Shown piece by piece: positions 49,251-61,994 of a stretch of DNA of 63,766 bases. The stretch is from Octopus bimaculoides (Eukaryota): NCBI RefSeq assembly GCF_001194135.2, contig NC_068993.1, forward strand, positions 38,265,275 to 38,329,040. The letters run 5' to 3'. The notes below the pieces were generated by a model. It had not been told where the DNA came from, did not search any database, and saw only the letters and a program-made list of their open reading frames with translations. Made by a program: the position numbers and the translations under genes. The stretch's first letter is position 1; each line of letters begins with the position of its first letter.

Positions 49251-50441
49251 ATTAGTAAGTTTAAAGTGATTTTCTTTGTGCTGTAAACCATTTACTATTT
49301 CTATGGTGCCCCACTTCGCTTGATGCTCTGAGCATGTGCTTATTTCACTTAATGGTTAATCCAGTGCTGAATACATACTGTAAAATGGTTGGCACTAAGA
49401 AGGGCATCCAGCAATAGAAACCATGCTAAGGCAGTTGCAGGAACATGATGAAATCCTTGTGCCCACTGGATCCTGTCCAAGTGCCCAACCTTTGCAAGTT
49501 GGGAACATGGATGTTAAATGATGCGGATAATGATGATGATATAAAAGGAGAGGGAGAAAGAGGAAATATAGATAGATAGATAGATAGATAGTTAGATAGA
49601 TAGATAGATAGATAGATAGATATAGAGAGAGGTAAATAGAATGTGAAATAGATATATAGATGAACACAGGTAGACATTTAGAGAGGAAGAGAAAGAAATA
49701 GATAGACAGATATATTGAATGAAAGAGAAAAGGAATGAAAGAGGAAAAACAGCAGACAATGATCTAATGAAAGAGACCAATGAAAGACATGGAGAGAAGT
49801 TGGATGTGTGTGTGTGTGTGTGGAGGGTGTCTCTGCATGTGAATGTGTGTGCATAAAAGAAACAGTGTAAATGAGAGAAAGAAGTAGTGTAGAAGAGAGT
49901 GAGAGTGACAGAGAGTGTATGAGAGAGAGAGAGAGAAAGGGAGAGTGTATAAGAGAGAGGGAGAGATAGATAGAGAAAGAGCATGAGTGTGTTTGTTAAC
50001 GTGTGTATATGAAAAATAATACTACATCTGATAGTAAGCTCTGTAAATGAATGATACAGATGTATATATATATACATATACATACATACATACATACATG
50101 CATCCATACATACATACATGTATACATGCATGCATACATACATACACCTGCCCATACATACATATATGTGAGTGTGTAACTATTATCTCTAGTGAAATCT
50201 GATTTGCTGCAGGTGTATGTGTATGTGCATGTGATTACGAATGTGTATGTGTGAGCATGTTTGATTATTAATGAATGGAAGCAAATACAACTATGGAACT
50301 ATTTGAATGTGAATGAATGTGAATACACATAGGATCAGTCACATGTACACACAAACATAGACACACACGCACACACATGCATATACACACATGTATAAAT
50401 GAATGTCTATGCATACACATGTGTACTTATACCAACATTAT

Positions 50442-50491
<50 letters not shown>

Positions 50492-50934
50492 NNNNNNNNN
50501 NNNNNNNNNNNNNNNNNNNNNNNNNNNNNNNNNNNNNNNNNNNNNNNNNNNNNNNNNNNNNNNNNNNNNNNNNNNNNNNNNNNNNNNNNNATATATATAT
50601 ATATATGTATAAATATATACATATGTATATATATACACACACACACACACATATATATATATTTATGTATATATGTGTATGTATGTGTGTGTGTGTGTGT
50701 ATATATATATTTATATATATATATATATATATATATACATACATACACACACACATATATGTATATACATACACACACATATATGCATATATACATATCT
50801 ATATCTATCTATATACATATATACATACATTCAGATACATATATACACACACACATACATACATACATACATGTATAAACTCAAGTCTAATCTGAAGCAT
50901 GACGGTGAACTAGTTGTATGTCGAAACCCAATCA

Positions 50935-50976
<42 letters not shown>

Positions 50977-51883
50977 GCATACACATATATACATAAATAT
51001 ATATATGAATACATGCTTACAAGCACAGTCATATTTATAGACACACACACACATGCTTATATATATACACACACACNNNNNNNNNNATATACATAAATAT
51101 ATATATGAATACATGCTTACAAGCACAGTCATATTTATAGACACACACACACATGCTTATATATATACACACACACACAAGCATATATATACATAAATAT
51201 ATACATGAATACATGCATACATGCACAGTCATATTTATAGACGTACACTTACATGCTTACACACACACATGCACACATATATATATATCTATATCAATAC
51301 CAGTGTGTATCACACAGGAGACAGGCTGCTAGGTATAAAGGAACCAAAATTTGATGGTTCTAGCAGATGGCATTGGGACCAGTTGTCATCGAGTCAGAAT
51401 ATTTTTGAGGGGGTTTGAAAATATCTGTGTATACATATATGTGTATGTATGCAATTATGTTGTGTGTATGGATATATATGTATGTGTATAAGAGTTGGGG
51501 ATTAATCTAAATTCTGTAACTGTTTTCATGGTGTAATATAGTATTATATTGTAACAATATTTCTCGAAGTTAATCTTGTGATTAAGAAGCAAGGCTGAAG
51601 AATTCAAAGACTCCACATCAGCCAAATAATAATGTAAAGTGTTTAAACTGTTAAGGAAGCACAGGGGTGGCTGTGTTGTTATGAAGTTGGGTTCCTAAAT
51701 ACACTGTTTCTAATCTGTTCTGAGAATGGATCCTTGTGCAAATGTCTTCTACTATAGCCCTGGGGTGAACAGTGTTTCATATGGGAAATTTAGTAAAATG
51801 TAACTGCAGGTAGCACTTCATTCATTGTATATGTTTATGTGTGTGTATGTGGGTGTGTGTTCATGTGTGTGTGTATGTGTATG

Positions 51884-51931
<48 letters not shown>

Positions 51932-52590
51932 AAATACAATGAAAGCTGGAGGACATTACATTTTCAAATTATAATCTGTAATCCGTAATCTGGATTTACA
52001 AATATATATGTATAAATAATACAAAATGGGACAAGAATGCAAAACATCCAGACAGTTAGGTGATACAAGGAAGGGNNNNNNNNNNNNNNNNNNNNNNNNN
52101 NNNNNNNNNNNNNNNNNNNNNNNNNNNNNNNNNNNNNNNNNNNNNNNNNNNNNNNNNNNNNNNNNNNNNNNNNNNNNNNNNNNNNNNNNNNNNNNNNNNN
52201 NNNNNNNNNNNNNNNNNNNNNNNNNNNNNNNNNNNNNNNNNNNNNNNNNNNNNNNNNNNNNNNNNNNNNNNNNNNNNNNNNNNNNNNNNNNNNNNNNNNN
52301 NNNNNNNNNNNNNNNNNNNNNNNNNNNNNNNNNNNNNNNNNNNNNNNNNNNNNNNNNNNNNNNNNNNNNNNNNNNNNNNNNNNNNNNNNNNNNNNNNNNN
52401 NNNNNNNNNNNNNNNNNNNNNNNNNNNNNNNNNNNNNNNNNNNNNNNNNNNNNNNNNNNNNNNNNNNNNNNNNNNNNNNNNNNNNNNNNNNNNNNNNNNN
52501 NNNNNNNNNNNNNNNNNNNNNNNNNNNNNNNNNNNNNNNNNNNNNNNNNNNNNNNNNNNNNNNNNNNNNNNNNNNNNNTATATATATTAA

Positions 52591-53210
52591 TGTTGTGGAA
52601 GGATTCCAGCCATCCTGCCAAGTGATTAAAGTTGGACTGATTTATCATTACAAAATAAAGAACTGTGAATGATTGGCAGTTTGTGTTGGTAGCAGTTCAC
52701 TGTGAGCCTTTGATATAGAGCATTGAGTCTTGTGTAATAGTAATAGTAGGACATCGTGTATAGACTTTCTTCCCCCTGCTTTGTTATATTATATATCCAA
52801 TACTAGGATATATAAAAGTGGTGATGAGTTGTTCGAAGCTTGAGTTGGATGTTTAAAAAATTTTTGTTTCTTGGTAGGAAATCAAAGAAAGAAATCATTT
52901 AACATGGAGAACTTATAGGCCTCCATGGTGCGGATGTAAGAGCAACAGTGGCAACAACAACAGCAACTACAGCAACAGCAGTTATAACAGCAATTGCAGC
53001 AGCAGCAGCTACAACAGCGACAACAGCAACAATAACAAAACCAACAGTTGCTGGAATTAATGTTGGAGGAGTCTGAAAATATTTCATACTTGCCAGACAG
53101 TGTAGCAAATTCAATTGAAGAATTCAGCTATAATCCAGAAGAAGGGATTATCTCTTCTGCATATTTTCAAAGATATGAAGAAATCTTCAAAGAAGAATGT
53201 AAAAATTGTG
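52591..53210 (+). mobile_element. Gypsy LTR-retrotransposon 5' remnant: putative LTR (52591-52816), PBS-like tggtgatgag (52819-52828), decayed Q-rich gag start
   Basis: From ATG 52904: MENL*..(polyQ with stops)..LLELML..DSVANSIEEFSYNPEEGIISSAYFQRYEEIFKEEC, matching the recalled Gypsy gag N-terminal motif (NSI.EF.YDP..G.TF..WF.RYED.F). LTR and PBS calls are weaker. Confidence 0.75.
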
Positions 53211-54204
53211 TTTTTAACGTGGCACCAGAACAAACTTAATGCGGAACCAGCACAGCAACAAGCTTCTTTCAGTTTCCTGGTTGGCCTTAGGCTATAGTAG
53301 AAGATTCTGATCTGGGGTTTAAACAATAATAATAATGACAACAATATTTCTAACCTCAAGTCATCCCCTTAAAATTGCTGGTTTTAAGCCTAAACCTGGA
53401 AACATTTTAATAGCAGTGGTACCTAAACAGTAGCAAGCCATGTGATTCCACATGATATAGGAAAATCATATGAACCTTGAGCCCAAAGGGCCTCTATATG
53501 GTCAGTCAAACTGCTAGAAATAACAGTTCAAATCTCCTGAAATCACAAGTGATTGTTTTAACAAACAAACAAATTGGGGAATGAGATGCATTTAATAATG
53601 TAGTTTTAAGTAATGCTAAAAGGGTGTGTTGGTCAAAGCTGGAATGCTTTTGGTCATAGATCATCTCTTTGATCAAGAGTAACCTCGGGCTAAACAACAA
53701 CAAAGAGAACAAGAATAACAACAATGTACTTTATAATAATTGTTTCCAAAACATTTAAAAATTTGCTGGTTTTTATTTTCTTGTGAAAAAAGGAGGAAAG
53801 TGATTGTAAAAGGCCACTTTGCAAACTCAACAATCTTCGTTTACTTGAAGACATTAAAAACCTTGTCATCAAAGAATTTGCTAGAAAAACACTTCAAAAC
53901 GGTGATTCAAGGCAACATGTTAATTTTACTGGGTACAAAGATTTTGGCTGGTTACAAATAAATAAACAAATAAATAAAATAAAATAAAATAAAATGATAA
54001 TAAAAATGAAATTTGACAGAAGCTCCAAAAAAACCAAACCAAAAGAAAAAAGAAATAAAAAATTTAGACTCAAACATTATCCATAATTTCCAATGTGTTG
54101 TTGTCGATGTTGGTGTTGTTGATGCTGCTGTTGGTGTTGTTGTTGTTGTTGTTGAACTCCAGGTGAACCCTGATAGACCAGATCTCTTATCAAAGATGGT
54201 TTAA

Positions 54205-54425
54205 CACCTTGGTATTCAAACCAGCCATATCCAGCGCAAATTTTCTGCTTGTTGTATGTTCCAACTGGCCAGATCAGGCCCCCTTACACCTACCCTACAA
54301 TGTCATCCTTAAAATGAACAATCACATCGTTGAAATCTCAAAGCTATGAGATAATGTATGATTAATTTAAAATAATTTGAACAAATAAGCATTATGTCTG
54401 ACAGAGTAATCTGAGTGTTAAAGGG
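54205..54425. mobile_element. Degenerate piggyBac-like MITE (~220 bp)
   Basis: TTAA at left, ends ..tgagtgttaaaggg; TIRs only partly matching; recalled as a common octopus element. Confidence 0.45.
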
Positions 54426-54710
54426 TCAGACCTAACCACCCTGTATTTTAAAGGGTATGCAGAAATAGCTTAGTTCTAGGCAAGGCACTGAATTGTAGCC
54501 GGTGATGATGCTCCAGTTTGGGCATTCAGGATTTATGGGGGGGGGGACAGTGTGGAGTCACTCCACTCTTTAGTCACTACTACTACTACTACTACTATTA
54601 CTACTACTACTACTACTACTACTATCAGATTCACTGTGGCTTGAGTAGGTGGTGCTTGCTAAAGGCCCCAATTAAGGGTCACATAGCAGAAGTTAGTTCT
54701 GTAGCTAAAG

Positions 54711-54830
54711 TAGTGGTTCTCAACTGGGGTCCACATAACCCTTAATGGTCCACACAACTCTTAGGGGCTCCACCTGACCCTTGGAGGCCCATGTAAGATA
54801 TTATTAAAATTTATGTGCAATATTTTGGTT
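54711..54830. mobile_element. Possible hAT (Charlie-like) element end
   Basis: tagtggttctcaactgggg resembles hAT TIR starts; no partner end found. Confidence 0.3.
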
Positions 54831-54854
54831 ATATTTCAGCAATTCTTTTGTTCT

Positions 54855-55086
54855 ATTCTTTTTCTTGTTTCAGTCATTCGACTGTGACCATGCTGGGGCA
54901 CCACCTTAAAGGGTTTTAGTCAAAGAAATTGACTCCAGGACTTATTCTTTGTAAGCCTAGTACTTATTCTGTCGGTCTCCGGTCTCTTTTGCTAGACTGC
55001 TATGTTACAGGGATGTAAACACACCAACATCAGTGTCAATGCTGTGGGGACAAACACAGACACACACACATAAATACATACATACA

Positions 55087-55119
<33 letters not shown>

Positions 55120-55615
55120 CCATACAAACATACATACATACATGCATACACACATATATGTGTATATATATATATATTGGGTTGTCCGGAAAGTTCATGC
55201 AGATCTTTAAAGGAAAGAAAAAGGTCAATAAATACTTGCCATTACATTTTTAATCAAACAAATATGAACCATTTTGTTGCACAATGCATCTCCATCTTTC
55301 CTTTTACTTGAAAATACCCTCTTCCCAGAATTGAGGTGGTTTCATAGCAAATAAATCGAAAGGTAAGCTACTATAAATCGGCATGAACTTTCTGGACAAC
55401 CCAATATATATATAGTTATATATGTTTTATATATATATATATATATATATACATGCATATACGATAGACTTCTTGCAGCTTCTGTCTATGAAACCCACTC
55501 ACAAGGCTTTGGTCGGCTCAAGGCTATATTCGAAGACACTTGCTCAAGGTGCCATGCAGTGGGACTGAACCCATAACCTTATGGTTAGGAAGCAAACTTC
55601 TTACCAAACAACCTC
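54855..55615 (-). mobile_element. CORE-type SINE split by a mariner MITE in its central microsatellite
   Basis: 3' half at 54855-55075, 5' half at 55460-55615. Confidence 0.85.
55177..55404. mobile_element. Mariner MITE (228 bp), TA TSD
   Basis: 24-bp TIRs ttgggttgtccggaaagttcatgc / gcatgaactttctggacaacccaa (1 mismatch). Confidence 0.95.
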
Positions 55616-55689
55616 AATAACACAAAATATTTTAACAATTTTTCTATACAATTCCTAATATTTAATTATGGAAATATAATAGGAATTTT

Positions 55690-55985
55690 TAAACATCAAA
55701 TGGTTAGGAGGATCCACTCTAGTGAAACAAAAATCAAGGGGTTCTATAGGAAAATATTGGTTAGGAATTACTGAGCAAAAGCATGTAAGACTCAGAGGAG
55801 TGCTGGCCACTAGACATGTGTCACAAAGGCCTAGTGCTGTGTGGACATGCTCTTATGCCATGTGTACCAGTCAAGGTTTAAATAGACCCTGTGTCTCAAG
55901 GGTTAGCTCTAGAAAGCAGAGGGCTAGCAGAATACATATGGGACACACTGCTGGATCATTGTGGTAGAATGAATTCATACAAAAA
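55690..55985 (+). pseudogene. Decayed C2H2 array with HTGEKP-like linkers
   Basis: RRIHSSE (55706-55726); KHVRL; LCHV(Y)QSRFK*TLCLKG with F4 and L10; RIHMG (55929-43) then DHCGR across frameshifts. Confidence 0.5.
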
Positions 55986-56074
55986 GTAGAAAAATAAGAG
56001 AAAATTAAAATCTTGCTTGGAAATTTATTGTAATTTCATAATAAAACTTAATATTATAACCTCTCTTGCAAAAT

Positions 56075-56290
56075 GGTGAGTTAGCAGAATTGTTAGCATG
56101 CAGGGCAAAATGCTTAGTGGCATTTTGTCTGTCTTTACAGTCTGAGTTCAAATTCCACTGGGGTCAACTTTGCCTTACATCCTTTCGAGGTTGATAAAAT
56201 AAGAACCACTCAAGCACAGGGGTCGATGTAACTGATTTAGCCTCTCTCCCAAAGTTGCTGGCTTTGTACCAAAATTTGATGCCAATATTT
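56075..56290 (+). mobile_element. Meta-like SINE
   Basis: Full motif set in forward orientation. Confidence 0.9.
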
Positions 56291-56499
56291 TGTCCAACTT
56301 TCTTGCCTGTCACATCCTAATCCCTCTTCTACAATTACCCTCTCTCTTCTAAGAGAAATTGCTATTAATTAAAAAAAAAAATTTTTTTTTTTAAATAACA
56401 TGGTTGTCGTCATCATCACCATTGTTTTATTGTATCCTTTTCCATGCTTAACTAGGTCTGTCAGATTGTCTACAGGCACAAGCTCTCCCTATTCCCAAC

Positions 56500-57640
56500 C
56501 CTTACAAGTTTTAAAGCTGAGTAACATTTCCTCCTGGATAAACATGTTTTCACAGAAGATTGGTAACAAAAGACACCATTTACATGGTTGTGACATTTCT
56601 TATCTTTTATATTTTACTTGTTTCAACAACATCAACAGAGCATTTTTGTACATACATATATATATGTGCAGCCTTGTATGTTTTGTTTTAATGTATGTAT
56701 TCAAATGCATATACTTGCATATCTAGACATACTCATATATACTTAAATGATAAACTTCTGGAAAGTTTTACAGATTTTTACAGTTCCAGTGATGGATTAT
56801 ATAGTTATTATTGTATGTATGTATGTATGTATGTATGTATGTATGTATGTATACAATGAGTTTTCAGTTTCTGCCTAACACTAACAAAGTTTTGGTTGGC
56901 CCAGGGCTATAGCAGAAGACACTTGTCCGAGGTACCAGGAAGTGAGACTGAGCCCTCAAAACCATCTGGCTTGGAAACTGGCATAGATTGGTGACAGGAA
57001 GGACATCTAGCCAAGCCCCAAAAGATCTACTTCAACAAATTCAGTCTAACCCTTGCAAACATGTAAATGTGAAAGTTAAAACGATGATGATGATGATGAC
57101 AACGCCCTTTTATCTTTATTACACTTTTCTTTTTAATTAAACTTAATCTAGAAATCCTGTTATTTTTTCTATAAAATCTGTATTTTTGATGAATATTTTG
57201 GAGAAGAACTTGTAAACATCAGTTCATATCATTTGAACAGAATCTGTTATATTTCAAACTATATCAATGATGCTGATTATTATTATTACTACCACCATTA
57301 TTATTATTATTATTATTATTGTCATTATCAACACTATGGATCAATGATATTTGGTTGTTTTCATTACCAAATATCAGTATTATTAACATCTAGATGTAAT
57401 GTTGTCTTAAGGAACTATCATCAAAATCACCATTTTCAAATATCACAGGGTGGATTCAGTGAACAGTGACGTTAACGCCTACTTATTGCTCCATTTTCAT
57501 GTTGAAAATCATGAGAAGAAATCCTGGAAAGTTTTCAGAACATATTACCCAAAATATGGCATCTGTATTTTGGGGGAAAAAATAGGGATATATTCTTCTT
57601 CAGAAGTGGTGCTGTTTACACGACTTGTGATATCATAAAT
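56500..57640 (-). pseudogene. Weak zinc-finger relics between repeats
   Basis: 56560-56504 IFCENMFIQEEMLLSFKTC (F4, L10 exact); 56691-56668 LKQ(N)IQGC; 57551-57486 (W)VICSENFPGFLLMIF(N)MKME(Q). Confidence 0.35.
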
Positions 57641-57740
57641 ATGATATTCCTGAATTTGACAAAATAACTCATTTTATTCAATATTATATTCACAACTATT
57701 CCATTATCATCTGATATATTGTACTAAAGGTACAGTCACA

Positions 57741-57795
<55 letters not shown>

Positions 57796-58209
57796 TCAAG
57801 TATATAAATACACCCACTCATATATCCATTTACTTCAGGGTCAACTTGATATGCCATATATACTTAGACATATGCTTATAATGAATGGAAGGGGCTTGCT
57901 TTGAATGTATGTATGTGTGTGTGTGTGTGCATGAGCGTGTGTATGTGTGTGTGTGCGTGTACATACATACATATATATATATAACTGTATATCTTTCTAT
58001 CTATATCTATATATATACATGAATGTATATTTATACATGCATCTGACATACACACATACTCACACACATGTATGCACGCACACACATATATATATAGAAA
58101 TAAATACCTTCACGCACACATACATGCACACACATATGCATACATACATAATACATATATATATATAAATACATACGTACACACACACACATACATACAT
58201 ACATACATA

Positions 58210-58385
58210 CTGGACACTATTCAATTTTTTTTCTCCGTGTTTTTCTCCTTGTCTCCGTATTCTTTCTGTTGAAGAGCGTAGCTCAAAACGTCAAAGACTT
58301 TCCGTATTCCCGAGCGTCATACTAATACATCCTTTTGTTATTTACACCACCTGTCCTCGTCTGTTGTTGTTTTTTCGTATATTCT
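58210..58385 (+). mobile_element. Penelope-like pseudo-LTR fragment with degenerate hammerhead at 58261-58297
   Basis: UCUUU CUGUUGA A GAGC GUA GCUC AAAAC GUC AAAGA: helices I and II pair, GUC triplet; core has A6U, G12A and an extra A. Confidence 0.45.
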
Positions 58386-58446
58386 CCTACATATATGCAT
58401 ACATACATGTACGTACGTATGCATGTATAAGTCATTATTATACTTT

Positions 58447-58655
58447 TCTACTCTAAACACAAAACCTGAAATTTTGTTGGGGGGGGGGCAGTCAATTAGA
58501 TTGACCTTAATTCACAACTGGTACCTAATTTATCGACCCTCGAAAGGATGAAATGCAAAGTTGATCTCGGCACAATTTGAACTCAAAACATAAAGACGAA
58601 ATACCGCTAAGTATTTCCCTCCGGCGTGCTAACGATTCCGCCAGCTCGCCGCCTT
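58447..58655 (-). mobile_element. Meta-like SINE
   Basis: Reverse-oriented family motifs. Confidence 0.9.
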
Positions 58656-58973
58656 ATGTGTCGTAGATATCACACTACAAGCAACAACAATGATACAGAA
58701 TATTTAGGCATGTTGATAGGACTACTTAACAGCAAAGCGTTTGCTCCTGATGATTTTAGGTTTCTTACATTACAACCAAGGTAGATCAAAATTGCATTAG
58801 ACGGACTATATCCTCCACCAAGTGATATAGGGTAGCAAAAAGAGAGCTGGGATTAGAAAAGGGGACAGAATAGAATATTTATAATGTTAGCAAAAGGAAT
58901 ATTAGCAATGAAATATATGAACCAAATACCTAATATATATAAAGTATACCACGTATCAAATTTTACCATATAT

Positions 58974-59057
<84 letters not shown>

Positions 59058-59699
59058 TTATTTATTTATTTATTTATTTGAGTGGGTGTGCTCCTGTGTA
59101 TGTTCATGTATATATGCAAGCAAATATATGTGTGTGTGTGTGTATTCACATTTATATGTGCATGTCTATGTACATATACATATATATATATATTTATGTA
59201 TGAATGAATTTTAATGTATACGTAGTTATATATGCATATACATATGTATATATGTTTACATAGTATATACATTTATAGTATATACATTTATATATCTGTA
59301 TGTATGCATACAGATGTATGTGTATGTATACTGAGATTACAGTTCTATATGTGCATATGTAATGAGCCATACTCACAGAATCATATTTACATGCATACAT
59401 ACATATATACATACATACATATAAATACATATGTATATATATGTATCTATACAAACAAGAATATAATACTATCATACACACATGCAAACACACAGATATA
59501 TAAGCAGCAGATTTTCAAAAAGGTTTTTTTTCAAATTCTGGTATGTAAGTAAAAGAAAAAAAGCAGAAAAACAAGAGAGTCATGCCCATCCCTACCAAAA
59601 AGAAGAACAAACAAACAAAAAATAACCATATATATATGCACACCCAAAAAAAAAGCAAAAAACATATGTATAACACTCAATGCTGTTTTGCTGAGATTT

Positions 59700-60359
59700 T
59701 CTTATCAGGGACAACTTGACATTTAAAAACCTGAGAATGGGTCCCAAAAGGTTTTTTACAATCTGACCAAATATTTCACATGAATTTTTAAAATGCATCT
59801 AGCTGCAGTTCTTTCTTGCATCTGAGAACAGCCATCTGCAAAAGCTGCAATGTAAACAGGTGCAGCATCGGCCAATTCTCAAAGTACCAACTAGATATAC
59901 TATAGTATGGCACTTTGTCGGTTAGATGAAGAAATGTCCCAGTTGATTTGATCAAAGGAACAGCCTGCGCATGAAATTAATGTGCAAATGGCTTAGCACT
60001 CCAAAGACACGTGAAGCCTTAACATCGTTCTCAGGGAAATTCAGTATGACATAGGATGTGACAAAGCTGGCCCTTTGAATTACAGGTACAATTTATTTTT
60101 TACTAGCTGAGTGGACTGGAGCAGCAAGAAATTAAGTGTCTTGTTCAAGGATGCAACATGCTGCTGGGAAATGAACTCATGACATTACACTCATCAGCTG
60201 AATACCCAACCACCAGGCCACGTACCTCTGCAGAGATGCTACTTGTTTAGAGAAAAATATAGATATTTTTACCCCCTGCACAAATAGAAAAATGATGTAA
60301 ATGATGAAGAATAATCAACAATGATGAGGGGGCTTTATCATGGTCCTAACAGTGATGGG

Positions 60360-60424
<65 letters not shown>

Positions 60425-61100
60425 ACATAAACAGATATATGGAGATACGACTCCATTCAAAGCTTGGCCACTTTCTGTTTCATGTTTGATGTATTTTTTC
60501 TGTTCACATGAATGTAAGTGACTTTTAAGTTCTAAGAGCTGTTGGAAATTTGCATTGCAACTGGTGCAAATTTGTCTCACCTTAAGTGACACAGGTTTGC
60601 TTGACTTGCCTGATTTATGGATATTTAAATGCCTCTTTAGATCAGCATGGTACTTACATGTCTTACAACAAATATGGTATATGAGCATGTCTGCTGTAAC
60701 TGTTTAGATATACAAGTCTTGCCACACACTGTGACAAAGAATGATTTAGTGCATCTTTATTAACAGTTACAATTGTTTCAGTACCACTCTGTAACATCAT
60801 TGCACATAAATGACTTCATATATGCGAGAGCATGTCTACTGAAGAAGAAATATATATTTCTTCTTAATGTTCTTTTTGTATGTGCTTATGTACTGGAAAT
60901 ATTTCCTTAGTTCATTTTGAATTTAACTAATTTTGAATCACCTTGAAAATGTTGTGTTAACATGTATTTCGATAATATTAATTTCAATGATGTTTTCTTT
61001 ATCTAAACATGTTAATACAATAGAAACAATTGCTGGCTGTGTATGGTGAAATTCTATGATTAAAGATGTGATTTTCTCTATCAGTATATTTGTAGTCAAA
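59700..61100 (-). pseudogene. Decayed C2H2/C2HC zinc-finger gene, interrupted by (TA)n at 60362-60420 and a SINE
   Basis: HIFNH-RISPYTASN-CFYCINMF (61070-61005); TVCGKTCISKQLQQ-[1-nt deletion]-MLI; (Y)HICCKTCKYHADLKRHLNIH (60679-60617); CTSCNANFQQLLELKSHLHSC (60568-60506, exact C-x2-C-x3-F-x5-L-x2-H-x3-C); LHCSFCRWLFSD (59855-59820). Confidence 0.75.
59905..60229 (-). mobile_element. tRNA-derived SINE, head B + tail T2
   Basis: Head like 48822-48960; tail tgtacctgtaattcaaagggccag..ttaatttcatgcgcaggctgttcc like 23415-23594. Confidence 0.8.
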
Positions 61101-61338
61101 TACTCTGAATTTCTCACAATTCTTCTAAATGGTATTTGGATCTACTTGTCATACATGAAGAATTACCTTGGATTCTACTTGCATTTATTGGAGTCTGATT
61201 GTTGGATACGGTTAACCAAATTTATTCAAAACTTAGTGCTTTATTTTTTTAATCTGCCTGGATTTTTTAAACCCCCCTTTTTCTTATACATACATACATA
61301 TATATCTATATACACAAATATATATCATCATCATCATC

Positions 61339-61373
<35 letters not shown>

Positions 61374-61920
61374 GTTATTTTCATATACACATGCTTTCGA
61401 ACAAACCATACATAATGATTAACATATAAACATATACAGTATAAAACCAAAACCAGACACTGACCTACAGAAAGATACACACACACACGCACATACATAC
61501 ACACATGCACGCACATACATACACACACATGCCAAATGTAAATATATGCTGGCTAATGACTATCTTGAATTGTATGTTCTCATTAGTGGGACCACAGACC
61601 TCACTCAAAACATTTGATTACAAAAACACTGCCAATATGGTTAGATCGTTATTGCATTAATTAGAAACCCTTATGTTTTGACAAGGAACAATCCAAGGTT
61701 ATATAGGTATGTATGTATGTATATTATGTTTTATATATATACCTATATATCCATATATACATGTTTACTAAATTTTTTGAAAATATTTTTGATACAGTCA
61801 CAATATTAAAGAAATTTAAAATATATTTCAAGTATATACATTCATACATAGAAACATACATACATGCATACATACATACATATATATATATATACCAACA
61901 TATATATATGTGTGTGTGTG

Positions 61921-61958
<38 letters not shown>

Positions 61959-61994
61959 CACATACATATATACATACATACAAACATTGACGGC

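Noticed and set aside
50892-50935. CUGAAGCA-UGAC..GUC-GAAAC hammerhead-like string
   Set aside because: Core insertion, unpaired helices I and III; at most a heavily decayed Penelope relic.
53048-53239. ORF MLELMLEESENISYLPDSVANSIEEF as a host gene
   Set aside because: Better explained as Gypsy gag remnant; upstream in-frame stops and truncation by a SINE fragment.
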